Part shown: positions 25,336 through 33,959 of the stretch, in pieces
How the letters are laid out: each line of letters starts with the position of its first letter
Position numbering within the stretch: the stretch's first letter is position 1
IMG/VR virus record: IMGVR_UViG_3300047094_001965
From: an uncultured virus (IMG/VR IMGVR_UViG_3300047094_001965)
Taxonomy: Duplodnaviria > Heunggongvirae > Uroviricota > Caudoviricetes
Length of the DNA: 64,000 nt
Direction: 5' to 3' (one strand)
Made by a program: the position numbers and the translations under genes
Notes under the pieces: generated by a model
What the model was told of the DNA's origin: nothing
What the model saw: the letters and a program-made list of their open reading frames with translations, nothing else
Databases searched by the model: none

Positions 25336-26105
25336 GGCATGGAAGTTTGTTCTCGGGCGGAGGTGGGTTTGATCTTTCTGCGGAGTGGATGGGATGGGAG
25401 AATGTATTCCATTGTGAGATTGACAATTACGCCAGGAAATGGCTAAAAAAAAGATGGCCGCAAGCCGTATCATATACCGATGCAAAAAAAACAGACTTCT
25501 CTATTCACCGAGGATCAGTTGACGTACTTAGCGGTGGCTTCCCGTGTCAGGACGCCAGCAACGCACACCAGCACGGAGGCGGACAGTCAGGGCTTGAAGG
25601 AGTCAGAACGGGATTATTTTGGCATATGCTTAGGGCAATGGCAGAATTACGACCAACCTATGCAGTGGGAGAAAATGTTGCAGGAATACTTAAAACCAAT
25701 GGCGGACGAGATTTTGCAACAATTCTCGCAGGGATTCGCGCACTGGGGTACCATGCAGAATGGCGTCTGTGCTACGCGGCAGAAGTCGGTGCCCCCCATA
25801 AAAGGCCCCGTATCTACCTGGTTGCTTACCCCAGCAGCTTCGTTAAAGAAAGACACGAGAGCTTTTTCTCCCTTTTTCAAAACCCGCCTACACCGGAGCG
25901 CAGGACGATTAACGGAACAACTGTGGAGATTAACGCAGCGGGACACTGGCTGGATCAATCCCCAGTTCCTTTTCTGGATGATGGGGTTCCCAAGAACATG
26001 GCTGGAAGATTTGGAATAGCGGGAAACGCTGTGGTGCCGCAATTAGTTATGCAAATTTTTAAAACGATTGAAGTGTATGAACACAGGGCAAATAATCAAG
26101 AGTAA
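25332..26105 (+). CDS. DNA cytosine-C5 methyltransferase, alpha subunit
   Basis: LFSGGGG, GGFPCQ, ENV, PHKRPRIY, GNAVVPQ; motif IX absent. Confidence 0.92.
   Translation: MRHGSLFSGGGGFDLSAEWMGWENVFHCEIDNYARKWLKKRWPQAVSYTDAKKTDFSIHRGSVDVLSGGFPCQDASNAHQHGGGQSGLEGVRTGLFWHMLRAMAELRPTYAVGENVAGILKTNGGRDFATILAGIRALGYHAEWRLCYAAEVGAPHKRPRIYLVAYPSSFVKERHESFFSLFQNPPTPERRTINGTTVEINAAGHWLDQSPVPFLDDGVPKNMAGRFGIAGNAVVPQLVMQIFKTIEVYEHRANNQE
25480..26019 (+). CDS. nested alternative-frame beta subunit of the C5 MTase
   Basis: 179-aa open frame ending GWINPQFLFWMMGFPRTW (motif IX-like). Confidence 0.75.
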   Translation: MQKKQTSLFTEDQLTYLAVASRVRTPATHTSTEADSQGLKESERDYFGICLGQWQNYDQPMQWEKMLQEYLKPMADEILQQFSQGFAHWGTMQNGVCATRQKSVPPIKGPVSTWLLTPAASLKKDTRAFSPFFKTRLHRSAGRLTEQLWRLTQRDTGWINPQFLFWMMGFPRTWLEDLE

Positions 26106-27021
26106 ATTAACGGACAGGTTCACCACAATCCCAAACGAGTTTCTACGCAGACCGGATCTCAGCCTTAAGGCTAAGGGTTTGTTATGCACCCTGTTGAGCC
26201 TGCCTTCGGACTGGGTAGTGAATAAGCAGCAGCTTCCGGACCTGTTTACGGATGGATACACGGCTATAGCTTCTGCCTTTACAGAGCTGGAAGAAAAGGG
26301 CTTTATTATCTCGGTAAGGGTTATGGAAAGCGGCCGTTTCAAGGGCTGGAACTATATGGTGTATGACACCCCAACCACTAAGGAAGAAACTGAAAACGCA
26401 GAACAGGAGCCAACTCCACCGATTCGCGATTTTCTAAAATCGGAAAATCCAATATCGGAAAACCAGCAACTACTAAAGAAAGATAGTACAAAAACAGATA
26501 GTACAAATCTTGATACTGACCTTACGGTCAGTATCTCCCCAAACGAGCCCGCTGAGGAACAAAAACAGGGGAAAGAAAACCTGCCCAGTAAAAACCAACC
26601 CGCCGAAGGCGGAAAGAAATCCCCCCCAGTTGCGCCGACCCCCCCAGCGGAAAGGTTCTACCGGAAAGAGTATGAGGACGTGCAGAAAACATTCGACCCT
26701 GCCAAGCTGAAGGATAACGTGAATAAGATCAAGACCTTCCTTGCAGAGCATAAAGGCTGGCCGCACCCCGAACCTTACATGGACTTGTGGAACATCTTTG
26801 CCCACATCAAGAAAGTACCTGCCGCCCAGGTGGCTAACGAAAGTCGGAAGCGAAAAATATCGTCCCGCGTAAGGGAGACAGCCTTCGACTTCCCTGCTAT
26901 TCTGGAAAAAGCCAACAACTCGGCATTCCTGAGCGGAGGCAGCGGGTGGACAGCAACCTTCGACTGGCTGATAGAAAACGACAGCAACTACGTCAAAGTT
27001 CTGGAAGGCAACTACAATTAA
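26077..27021 (+). CDS. phage replication initiator (HTH N-terminus)
   Basis: FTTIPNEFLRRPDLSLKAKGLL..LLSLPSDW; C-terminal WTATFDWLI..NYVKVLEGNY; upstream of DnaB. Confidence 0.88.
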   Translation: MNTGQIIKSKLTDRFTTIPNEFLRRPDLSLKAKGLLCTLLSLPSDWVVNKQQLPDLFTDGYTAIASAFTELEEKGFIISVRVMESGRFKGWNYMVYDTPTTKEETENAEQEPTPPIRDFLKSENPISENQQLLKKDSTKTDSTNLDTDLTVSISPNEPAEEQKQGKENLPSKNQPAEGGKKSPPVAPTPPAERFYRKEYEDVQKTFDPAKLKDNVNKIKTFLAEHKGWPHPEPYMDLWNIFAHIKKVPAAQVANESRKRKISSRVRETAFDFPAILEKANNSAFLSGGSGWTATFDWLIENDSNYVKVLEGNYN

Positions 27022-27054
27022 TTCTGGCATAGCAAATTTGAACGATCTCCCAAA

Positions 27055-28563
27055 ATGAATACCAATAGACGCAAAGACAAGGCACTCCCTAAAATCGACT
27101 CTAATGCGGTTTTAGGGGTATATGGGATGGTGCCGCCCAGAGCCATAGAGGTAGAAGCTGCCGTTTTGGGAGGAATTCTTCTGGAAAAACGGGCGATAGA
27201 GGATGTCATAGGCCTATTACCTGGCAAGGAGGTGTTTTATGAAACCGCACACCAGCACGTATGGGAGGCTATAGAGCAACTTTACAGGGACAACCAGCCC
27301 ATAGACTTGATGACGGTGGTTGACCGGCTTATCAAAAGCAAAAAACTGGATGAGGTTGGCGGTCCTTATGGTGTGACGAAACTCACAATGTCCGTTGTCA
27401 CCAGCGCCAATATCCAAGCCCACTGCCACATCTTGCTTCAAAAGTGGATGAAAAGGGAGATAGGCACGCTGGGGTCGCAGATGGTATCCATGTCCTACGA
27501 TGACGCCTTGGATGATCTGGAAGCAGTCAGCCTTGCAGAAAAGCGCCTCATGGAAATCATGTCTCCCCTTCACAAACGGACATATACCGGCATGGAAGGC
27601 CACATTGTGGACATGATGAAGCGGATCGAGAACGCCCGGGCCAACCCGGATATCCTGCTTGGCGTCCCTTCCGGATACACGGCGCTGGATAACATTACCA
27701 AGGGTTGGAGAGGTTCGGATCTCATCATCCTTGCCGCCAGGCCATCGGTGGGTAAATCCGCTTTCATGCTTAACCTGGCCCGTAATGCAGCCACCAACCA
27801 CTTCAAACCCACAAAGGTGGGCATCCTGTCCTTAGAGATGTCCGCTGGCCAGCTGGTGGAAAGGCTGGTGAGCGCCGAGACGGAAATATGGCTGGAAAAG
27901 ATTGTCACGGGGAAGATGGATGACGGCACGATGAAGCAGTTGTACGATAAGGCCACCAAGAGCATTGCCAAAATGCCTATCGTTATAGATGAAACTGCCA
28001 GTCTTAACATCTTTGAAGCCAAGAGTAAGATCCGCAAGATGGTCCGTGATGGCGTTGGCCTGGTGATGATCGACTACCTGCAGTTGATGTCTGGCCTTAC
28101 ATCGGACCGTGGCCAGAACAGGGAACAGGAGATTAGTACAATATCCCGAAATCTTAAAGTTATTGCCAAAGAACTTAACATACCCATCATTGCGCTTGCT
28201 CAGTTGAGTAGGGAGGTGGAAAAAAGAAAAGAAGGTCAAAATATACCTAAATTAAGTGACCTCAGAGAGTCCGGAGGTATTGAAAATGACGCTGACGTTG
28301 TAATGTTCCTGTACCGTCCGGAATACCACGATATCATGAGCAACGAGATGGGAGAAAGCACCAGAGGACAAACCATGCTGAAGATCGCAAAGCACAGGAA
28401 CGGCGTACTGGAAACCATCAACTTCCAAGCTCTATTACACATCCAGAAGTTTGTTCCCGCAGAGCCAAGTGTACACCAGCCCCTTAGCGCTTCCAATGTG
28501 GCAGGTACAAACTGGGCCCCGATCAGGAAAATAAACGAAGATTTTGATGATTCACCTTTTTAA
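27055..28563 (+). CDS. dnaB: replicative DNA helicase
   Basis: LAARPSVGKS, SLEMS, IDYLQL, LAQLSR, LSDLRESGGIENDAD, IAKHRNG. Confidence 0.97.
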   Translation: MNTNRRKDKALPKIDSNAVLGVYGMVPPRAIEVEAAVLGGILLEKRAIEDVIGLLPGKEVFYETAHQHVWEAIEQLYRDNQPIDLMTVVDRLIKSKKLDEVGGPYGVTKLTMSVVTSANIQAHCHILLQKWMKREIGTLGSQMVSMSYDDALDDLEAVSLAEKRLMEIMSPLHKRTYTGMEGHIVDMMKRIENARANPDILLGVPSGYTALDNITKGWRGSDLIILAARPSVGKSAFMLNLARNAATNHFKPTKVGILSLEMSAGQLVERLVSAETEIWLEKIVTGKMDDGTMKQLYDKATKSIAKMPIVIDETASLNIFEAKSKIRKMVRDGVGLVMIDYLQLMSGLTSDRGQNREQEISTISRNLKVIAKELNIPIIALAQLSREVEKRKEGQNIPKLSDLRESGGIENDADVVMFLYRPEYHDIMSNEMGESTRGQTMLKIAKHRNGVLETINFQALLHIQKFVPAEPSVHQPLSASNVAGTNWAPIRKINEDFDDSPF

Positions 28564-28572
28564 AACACAACA

Positions 28573-29004
28573 ATGATTGACCATACCCGTACCCTCATCA
28601 TAGGCATCGATCCCGGAACGCAGACCGGTGTAGCCGTCTGGGACCGCAAGGATCAAAAGTTCCGCGCCATCCATACCTTATCCATCCACAGGGCGTTACA
28701 ATTTGTAACCTCCCTTAACGCCACGCACCCAGGCGAAGTGTTTGTCCGGTTTGAAGATGCGAGAAAAAGGAAGTTTTTCCGTGGGGAGAACATGGACAAA
28801 AAGCAACAAGGCGCCGGATCCATCAAACGGGACTGTTCTATCTGGGAGGACTTCCTTACAGATAACCACATACCCTTTGACAACCCTGCCGCGGCAAAGA
28901 TGAAAACGAAATACAAGGCCGATATGTTCCAGAAGTTAACCGGCTGGAAGCATATCACGAGCAGCCACGCCAGGGACGCCGCCATGCTTGTGTTTAAGCT
29001 CTAA
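28573..29004 (+). CDS. RuvC-like Holliday junction resolvase
   Basis: IIGIDPGTQTGVA...FED...HARDAAML. Confidence 0.85.
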   Translation: MIDHTRTLIIGIDPGTQTGVAVWDRKDQKFRAIHTLSIHRALQFVTSLNATHPGEVFVRFEDARKRKFFRGENMDKKQQGAGSIKRDCSIWEDFLTDNHIPFDNPAAAKMKTKYKADMFQKLTGWKHITSSHARDAAMLVFKL

Positions 29005-29222
29005 CCCTCTATGATCCATTCGTAGCTGACCCGGAATCTTTTCTTCCAGCGCCTAATTACTGAAAAACTGGGGGTGAACCTTTTGCTCTCTACAGCCTTA
29101 ATGTAGGAAACGTTTACAAGGAGATACTTGGCGAATTCTTCTTGGGTAATTTTGTTATCAAGACGGGTTCTGCGAAAGCGCTGGCATATAGATATGCCCG
29201 CAGGATCTTGTACCTGACTCAT
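29001..29222 (-). CDS. second XRE-family HTH regulator
   Basis: ITQEEFAKYLLVNVSYIKAVESKRFTP...VSYEWII. Confidence 0.8.
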   Translation of the reverse strand: MSQVQDPAGISICQRFRRTRLDNKITQEEFAKYLLVNVSYIKAVESKRFTPSFSVIRRWKKRFRVSYEWIIEG

Positions 29223-29271
29223 AAATAATCAATTTTTCGTTGATGTGAAGATAGTTGATTAATTTTATTCC

Positions 29272-29583
29272 ATGAATGTAAATTTTGACTTTAGAAACGA
29301 TACAATATGTATCTATGGGCAGACGGTCACCCAAGATTCCTTCCGGAACTTCGTGATCGACAACTACCCTTACCTGGTCAAAAAGCACGTCACAAAATCG
29401 ATCTTAAGGACGGGGGTTGTTGAGATCGTAGAAGGCAACACAAAGACAATCTCATCCGCCGGCAACACTATGTTTGCCATCGACTGGGAAAATATCTATT
29501 CCATTGCAGTCCGGTACGGGTACATAATAACCGATTTTATTATACACCTGAAAAACAAAAAGCAATGGAACTATGGCAGTTAG
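29272..29583 (+). CDS. hypothetical protein
   Basis: divergent from the XRE gene. Confidence 0.65.
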   Translation: MNVNFDFRNDTICIYGQTVTQDSFRNFVIDNYPYLVKKHVTKSILRTGVVEIVEGNTKTISSAGNTMFAIDWENIYSIAVRYGYIITDFIIHLKNKKQWNYGS

Positions 29584-29945
29584 AAGTAGCCATTCGTAAG
29601 CAGTGTATCTGGAATCATGATTCCAGCCGCCGAATGCAGACCCACCAAGCCTTTGAGATGAAAGCCGAACTCGGCATGATCTTGTTCATCGGGATAGCGG
29701 AAATGTACGGGTTTGACGGTGAGGATGTCCTGAATTATATCGATCTCGCGCCAGACATCTACAAGAAAAGAAAAGCCACATTTATCAGGGCCCACCAAGA
29801 GGTGCAGAAGCGCATAGCCTCCGGACTTCCGGCAGCACAAGACTTTAAAAATAAAATCTACATTAAAACGGGCCTTGTACAGAACTACATCCGCCTCCAC
29901 TATAACGGAGAAGGTTACATAACGTATCGGGATCTGTTAAAGTGA
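29565..29945 (+). CDS. hypothetical protein
   Basis: overlapping operon ORF. Confidence 0.65.
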   Translation: MELWQLEVAIRKQCIWNHDSSRRMQTHQAFEMKAELGMILFIGIAEMYGFDGEDVLNYIDLAPDIYKKRKATFIRAHQEVQKRIASGLPAAQDFKNKIYIKTGLVQNYIRLHYNGEGYITYRDLLK

Positions 29946-29947
29946 TA

Positions 29948-30745
29948 TCACTTAGTCCAGGTTCCGTCAGAATACAGAACATACTTCCCGCCTGGGAATA
30001 AAAACTCCGCCTCTACCGTTTTAGGTTTGGCTTTGCTTTTGGAAAATAGCCACACCCAAGCATCGTTATCTTCATAAACTGTTGACCAAATGTTGTGGCC
30101 ACCTGTGGGGTAAAGCACACGTTCAACTCTCGGAGTAATACCTAAAGCATTCAAGCCGTCCATCCAAGATTTAGAGGATGACGGATCAACAACCCTGTCA
30201 TCTGCGGCATGATAGAACCGGATCGGCATATTGTTGTCAACGTATGGCTTCGAGTAGCGGGTAGTAAACCACGAAGCGGGGCAGATAGGAAGCATGGCAG
30301 CAACGGAAGAAACGCGGCCCTGTTCTGCCCAATCCATAATGGACCCGCCTCCCATGGATAAGCCTGTGAGATAAACCCTATTCGTATCAACCGGGTAATT
30401 CTTAATCGCCCAATCAATGATGTTCTGAATAGTTCCGCCACCGGCCCAGTCGCGGTTCAGCTGGGGCATGAATACGATGCAGTCAAATGGCATCCCTGAT
30501 TGCTTGATCTTCAAAGGCAATGCGATGTCAGAATACTGCTGCAATGTCTTTTTAGGATAAGTGTCGCCAAGGCCATGGAAATATACTACCAGTGGCAGCT
30601 TTGTTGTCTTATTCCAAGTAGGAGGCGTGTACTGCCAATATCCATTTACCCAAGGATGAATAGATACAGGCTTCATAACCATTTGGGCCGAACCAGCCTG
30701 GAAAAGGCCGATGATCAAAACAAGTAGAACTAAAATCTTTTTCAT
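29948..30745 (-). CDS. secreted alpha/beta-hydrolase (esterase/peptidase)
   Basis: signal peptide; YFHGLG, GLSMGG nucleophile elbow, DDRVV, GGHNIW. Confidence 0.88.
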   Translation of the reverse strand: MKKILVLLVLIIGLFQAGSAQMVMKPVSIHPWVNGYWQYTPPTWNKTTKLPLVVYFHGLGDTYPKKTLQQYSDIALPLKIKQSGMPFDCIVFMPQLNRDWAGGGTIQNIIDWAIKNYPVDTNRVYLTGLSMGGGSIMDWAEQGRVSSVAAMLPICPASWFTTRYSKPYVDNNMPIRFYHAADDRVVDPSSSKSWMDGLNALGITPRVERVLYPTGGHNIWSTVYEDNDAWVWLFSKSKAKPKTVEAEFLFPGGKYVLYSDGTWTK

Positions 30746-30748
30746 AAA

Positions 30749-31396
30749 TCATACTTTAATTAGTAAATCACTTCGGATCCAGCCTACAAACCTACCATAC
30801 TGACAATAGGCCCAGCCGTTCTTCTCTGTTATCTTCTCAACCGGAGCGCCAGACATAAGTGTTGTGACAATAGAAAACTGAGTGCCAAATCCGGATCTCA
30901 TATTCAATGCGCCTGACGTACGGCAGTATTCTTTATTAGCAGACTTGAATCCAATCTCTTTTAACCAGTCTTTTACACTGAAAGAGGGGCAGGTTTTCAT
31001 CCACTCCCCTTTCTGGATAACGCCGTCCCGGTTCTTATCTGGGCTAAAGTTCCTGTGCCCGAGAATAACAATGCCTGGAAACAACTTCGCGGCTTCTTCT
31101 ATCAAAACCTTTTGTGCGGCCTTTTGCGCATCGGTACGGTTGTCTACGGCCCTGCCGTTGCTATCTATCCCTCCAATGTACGAGATGTGGATAGAGACAG
31201 CATTGAAGCCCTTTACACCATTCGTAATGTCGCTATAGTCTGCCAAGTTGTGAACTGTTCCATCGGGAGAAATTAGCCTGTGATACCCTACGGTTTTCCA
31301 GCCTAAGCCCTTCCAGTGAGCCTTGATTGATTCTACGGATTGGTTTCGCGGCCCTGCAGTGCAGTGCAGGACGCAGTAATCTACTTTTCTCATCAC
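30749..31396 (-). CDS. endolysin: N-acetylmuramoyl-L-alanine amidase plus SH3b
   Basis: VLHCTA, GYHRLI, ILGHRNF, KTCPSF; LNMRSGFGT..GWI. Confidence 0.93.
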   Translation of the reverse strand: MMRKVDYCVLHCTAGPRNQSVESIKAHWKGLGWKTVGYHRLISPDGTVHNLADYSDITNGVKGFNAVSIHISYIGGIDSNGRAVDNRTDAQKAAQKVLIEEAAKLFPGIVILGHRNFSPDKNRDGVIQKGEWMKTCPSFSVKDWLKEIGFKSANKEYCRTSGALNMRSGFGTQFSIVTTLMSGAPVEKITEKNGWAYCQYGRFVGWIRSDLLIKV

Positions 31397-32058
31397 TTCG
31401 CTTTACTGGTTAGGAATATGGTACCGGCGATAATAGCCACACGTTCTGTCCATCGCCAGAACTTCCGGCCCTTAATCTTGCGTTCCTGCTGCTTATCTTT
31501 TTTGTTGTGGCTATCGATATCCGCGAATAGTTGCTTCTTTAGGATGGAGTCCGCGTTGATCTGCTTTCTGGCTATATCGTTTTCATAAAGCAAGCCATCG
31601 ATCCTTTCGTCTCTAAGGCTATCCTTATACTGAAAATCAGATATGGTGGCTTCTGTAGCAGCTTGGTATTCTTCAAACTCTGCAATAACAGAATCGCAGG
31701 CATATACCATAGTAACCGTATCGTGGTTCTCCCTGGCGGCCTTGTAAAGGGAATGCCACTTATTCGCGTTTGCAGACGTTTTACGAAGCTCTGCAAGACT
31801 TACATCTATTTCCCTGTCCTTAGCCTTTATAAGCTCATCCAGCTTCTCGCCTTCCTTGCTGGCGCTGTCCATCTTCCTTTTGCTTTCCTGAGATGTGAAC
31901 TGATCATGAGCTTTGATAGAATCTACATAAGCTTGGGAGTATGTTACTTCCTGAGACTTATTGCAGGTGTGGAGTAGGAGAATAAAAAATGCAATAGCGA
32001 AGAAGATAGCGGCCCATTTAATGACGCCGCTATCCTGTAAACTTTTGTTGAGAGACAT
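31393..32058 (-). CDS. spanin-like protein (possibly unimolecular)
   Basis: N-terminal hydrophobic stretch ending LHT-C, coiled coil, C-terminal hydrophobic segment. Confidence 0.7.
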   Translation of the reverse strand: MSLNKSLQDSGVIKWAAIFFAIAFFILLLHTCNKSQEVTYSQAYVDSIKAHDQFTSQESKRKMDSASKEGEKLDELIKAKDREIDVSLAELRKTSANANKWHSLYKAARENHDTVTMVYACDSVIAEFEEYQAATEATISDFQYKDSLRDERIDGLLYENDIARKQINADSILKKQLFADIDSHNKKDKQQERKIKGRKFWRWTERVAIIAGTIFLTSKAK

Positions 32059-32093
32059 GGTTGTTGTTGTTTTGCGGTTGTTGTCAAGAGCGG

Positions 32094-32336
32094 CTACTTG
32101 GTTTCCTTTTTCAAAAACTCATCATTAGAGTTTGTGAAAAAGTTCTTCACCAGGTAAGACAATGCCGACGCTGCACCAATAATCAGGATTGTTTTCCACT
32201 CGGCACCAGTAGGCAGTTTCCCTTCTTTTACGATGGTATAAAGTGCGGTCACCACTGACCCAATAAATGCCATTAGGAAAGACTTGATAATGTCGCGGCC
32301 GTTCACCTTCAGAAAGTCTGAAAAAAGCTGTTTCAT
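32094..32336 (-). CDS. holin
   Basis: two TM helices with charged C-terminus, in the lysis cassette. Confidence 0.75.
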   Translation of the reverse strand: MKQLFSDFLKVNGRDIIKSFLMAFIGSVVTALYTIVKEGKLPTGAEWKTILIIGAASALSYLVKNFFTNSNDEFLKKETK

Positions 32337-32347
32337 ATGTTTAGTTT

Positions 32348-32569
32348 TTAGTCACGATTTTGTTTTCTTTCCAGCTGGATCTTTATTTCCTGAATCAAAT
32401 CCATCATCTTGTCCAATTTTTGATATATCTCATCATCCTGCTTTTCAACGGCAGAAAGACGAATATCAAGTTCCTTCAACTTCATTTGAACATCGTTGTG
32501 AATCTTGATTACAGTCCCCAAGAATAATACAGACTGAACGACGATGGTGACAATAACACTTGTATTCAT
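32348..32569 (-). CDS. holin/antiholin-like protein (TM plus coiled coil)
   Basis: MNTSVIVTIVVQSVLFLGTV...; ATG at 32569. Confidence 0.65.
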   Translation of the reverse strand: MNTSVIVTIVVQSVLFLGTVIKIHNDVQMKLKELDIRLSAVEKQDDEIYQKLDKMMDLIQEIKIQLERKQNRD

Positions 32570-32666
32570 TGAAAAAGAGATGTTTTTGAATATTTCATAT
32601 TCTGTTAACTGATGCAATATATTAACGATTTGGTTCAATAGTTACATTTTGTGACGTTACCGTTCA

Positions 32667-33959
32667 TTATCTCGAATAGATGCCTACAACCCACAAATCC
32701 GTCCCGTCCGACTGCACCTCTACAGTGGTATTCGCGCCAATAGAAGTGGTGGTGGTGGATGGGCTAATGCGAAAAGCAACAGAGGATGTTACAGCAGACG
32801 TGCCGGTATTTACAATCCGTAATATCCGATTGGTATTACCAGAAGCCGTAAACATTGTTGCAGTCCTTCCAGTAGTGTTATTCTTGATAACAACTGTATA
32901 GTCATCGCCAGCCACAGTAAAATCCGCATTATCTACAACCCTGATCTTTGAAGAAAACGCCCCAGAACCGGAAACCGTACTCAATGCAGATGTGCCTAAA
33001 GTGCCATCTGATGTAGCCGTAACAACCCTTGTTCCAGACCCGGATAAAAATGGAAACTTGAAAGCTGTTATCGTTGTGCCGCTTCTGTTTATCTCCCAAA
33101 TATTTGACGCTCCACTATACGCATCGTTTACCGCCCTAAAAAAAGATGAGCCTGAATTGTCAACAAACCAATCGTAAAGTTTTGAATCCGTCCCAGCTGA
33201 TGCATTTCTCCAATACATCATTGGATGCCCTGCCGGATTTTCACCCAATGCCAATTTCCTTGAAAAATCAGTTCCTATTGAACCGATAAGCATGGCCTGT
33301 GTATTTCCTCCAACAATATTACCAGCAACTTGCAACTTGGTAACGCCATCATCCGTAGCGCCGTATAACACCCTTCCTGATGAATAATCAATGCTTGTAA
33401 CGGTCATGCCTGATCTTAGAATTTTCATCCATTCCAATGCGCCCGTATAGGTATCATTTATGAGACGGTAACTAAAAACATTGCTATACGCATACATATC
33501 CCAGATCCTTTCATTAGCCGACCCGCTTTTGTTGTTCCAAACTACATACGGGAAATTAGAAGTCCTTCCCGCGGTAACGTATGAAAGGGTAGCATCCATA
33601 CCTACGCCTGTCTGGAAATTGTCATCAGCCTTTAATATGGAGCCATTGTAAGTAAGCGTTGATTCAGCATTAGCAGTACCCGAACCGGTTGAGGTAATTA
33701 TTCGATCATTGCTTTCATTGATGACAGAAAGACCCGATCCAAATTCAGCCCATTTATTACCCGTAAACGATATCGCTTTGTAGAACTTAGTATCGGCTGA
33801 CCTATACCTCAATTCTCCAAGCCTTTCCGGAGCAATAACAGTATCCAAGGGGGGCCTAAAATTTGACCGGGGCCATAACTTGTATGGTTCACTGGTTATC
33901 TGTGCCCTGCCTGGCAAAAAGATGATCAATAACAGCATTGTCAATAACGCCTTATTCAT
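32667..33959 (-). CDS. tail-fibre-like protein carrying a signal peptide
   Basis: MNKALLTMLLLIIFLPGRA-Q; NDRIITSTGSGTANAESTLTY; duplicated WD..FR..ND.Y.GA module. Confidence 0.7.
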   Translation of the reverse strand: MNKALLTMLLLIIFLPGRAQITSEPYKLWPRSNFRPPLDTVIAPERLGELRYRSADTKFYKAISFTGNKWAEFGSGLSVINESNDRIITSTGSGTANAESTLTYNGSILKADDNFQTGVGMDATLSYVTAGRTSNFPYVVWNNKSGSANERIWDMYAYSNVFSYRLINDTYTGALEWMKILRSGMTVTSIDYSSGRVLYGATDDGVTKLQVAGNIVGGNTQAMLIGSIGTDFSRKLALGENPAGHPMMYWRNASAGTDSKLYDWFVDNSGSSFFRAVNDAYSGASNIWEINRSGTTITAFKFPFLSGSGTRVVTATSDGTLGTSALSTVSGSGAFSSKIRVVDNADFTVAGDDYTVVIKNNTTGRTATMFTASGNTNRILRIVNTGTSAVTSSVAFRISPSTTTTSIGANTTVEVQSDGTDLWVVGIYSR

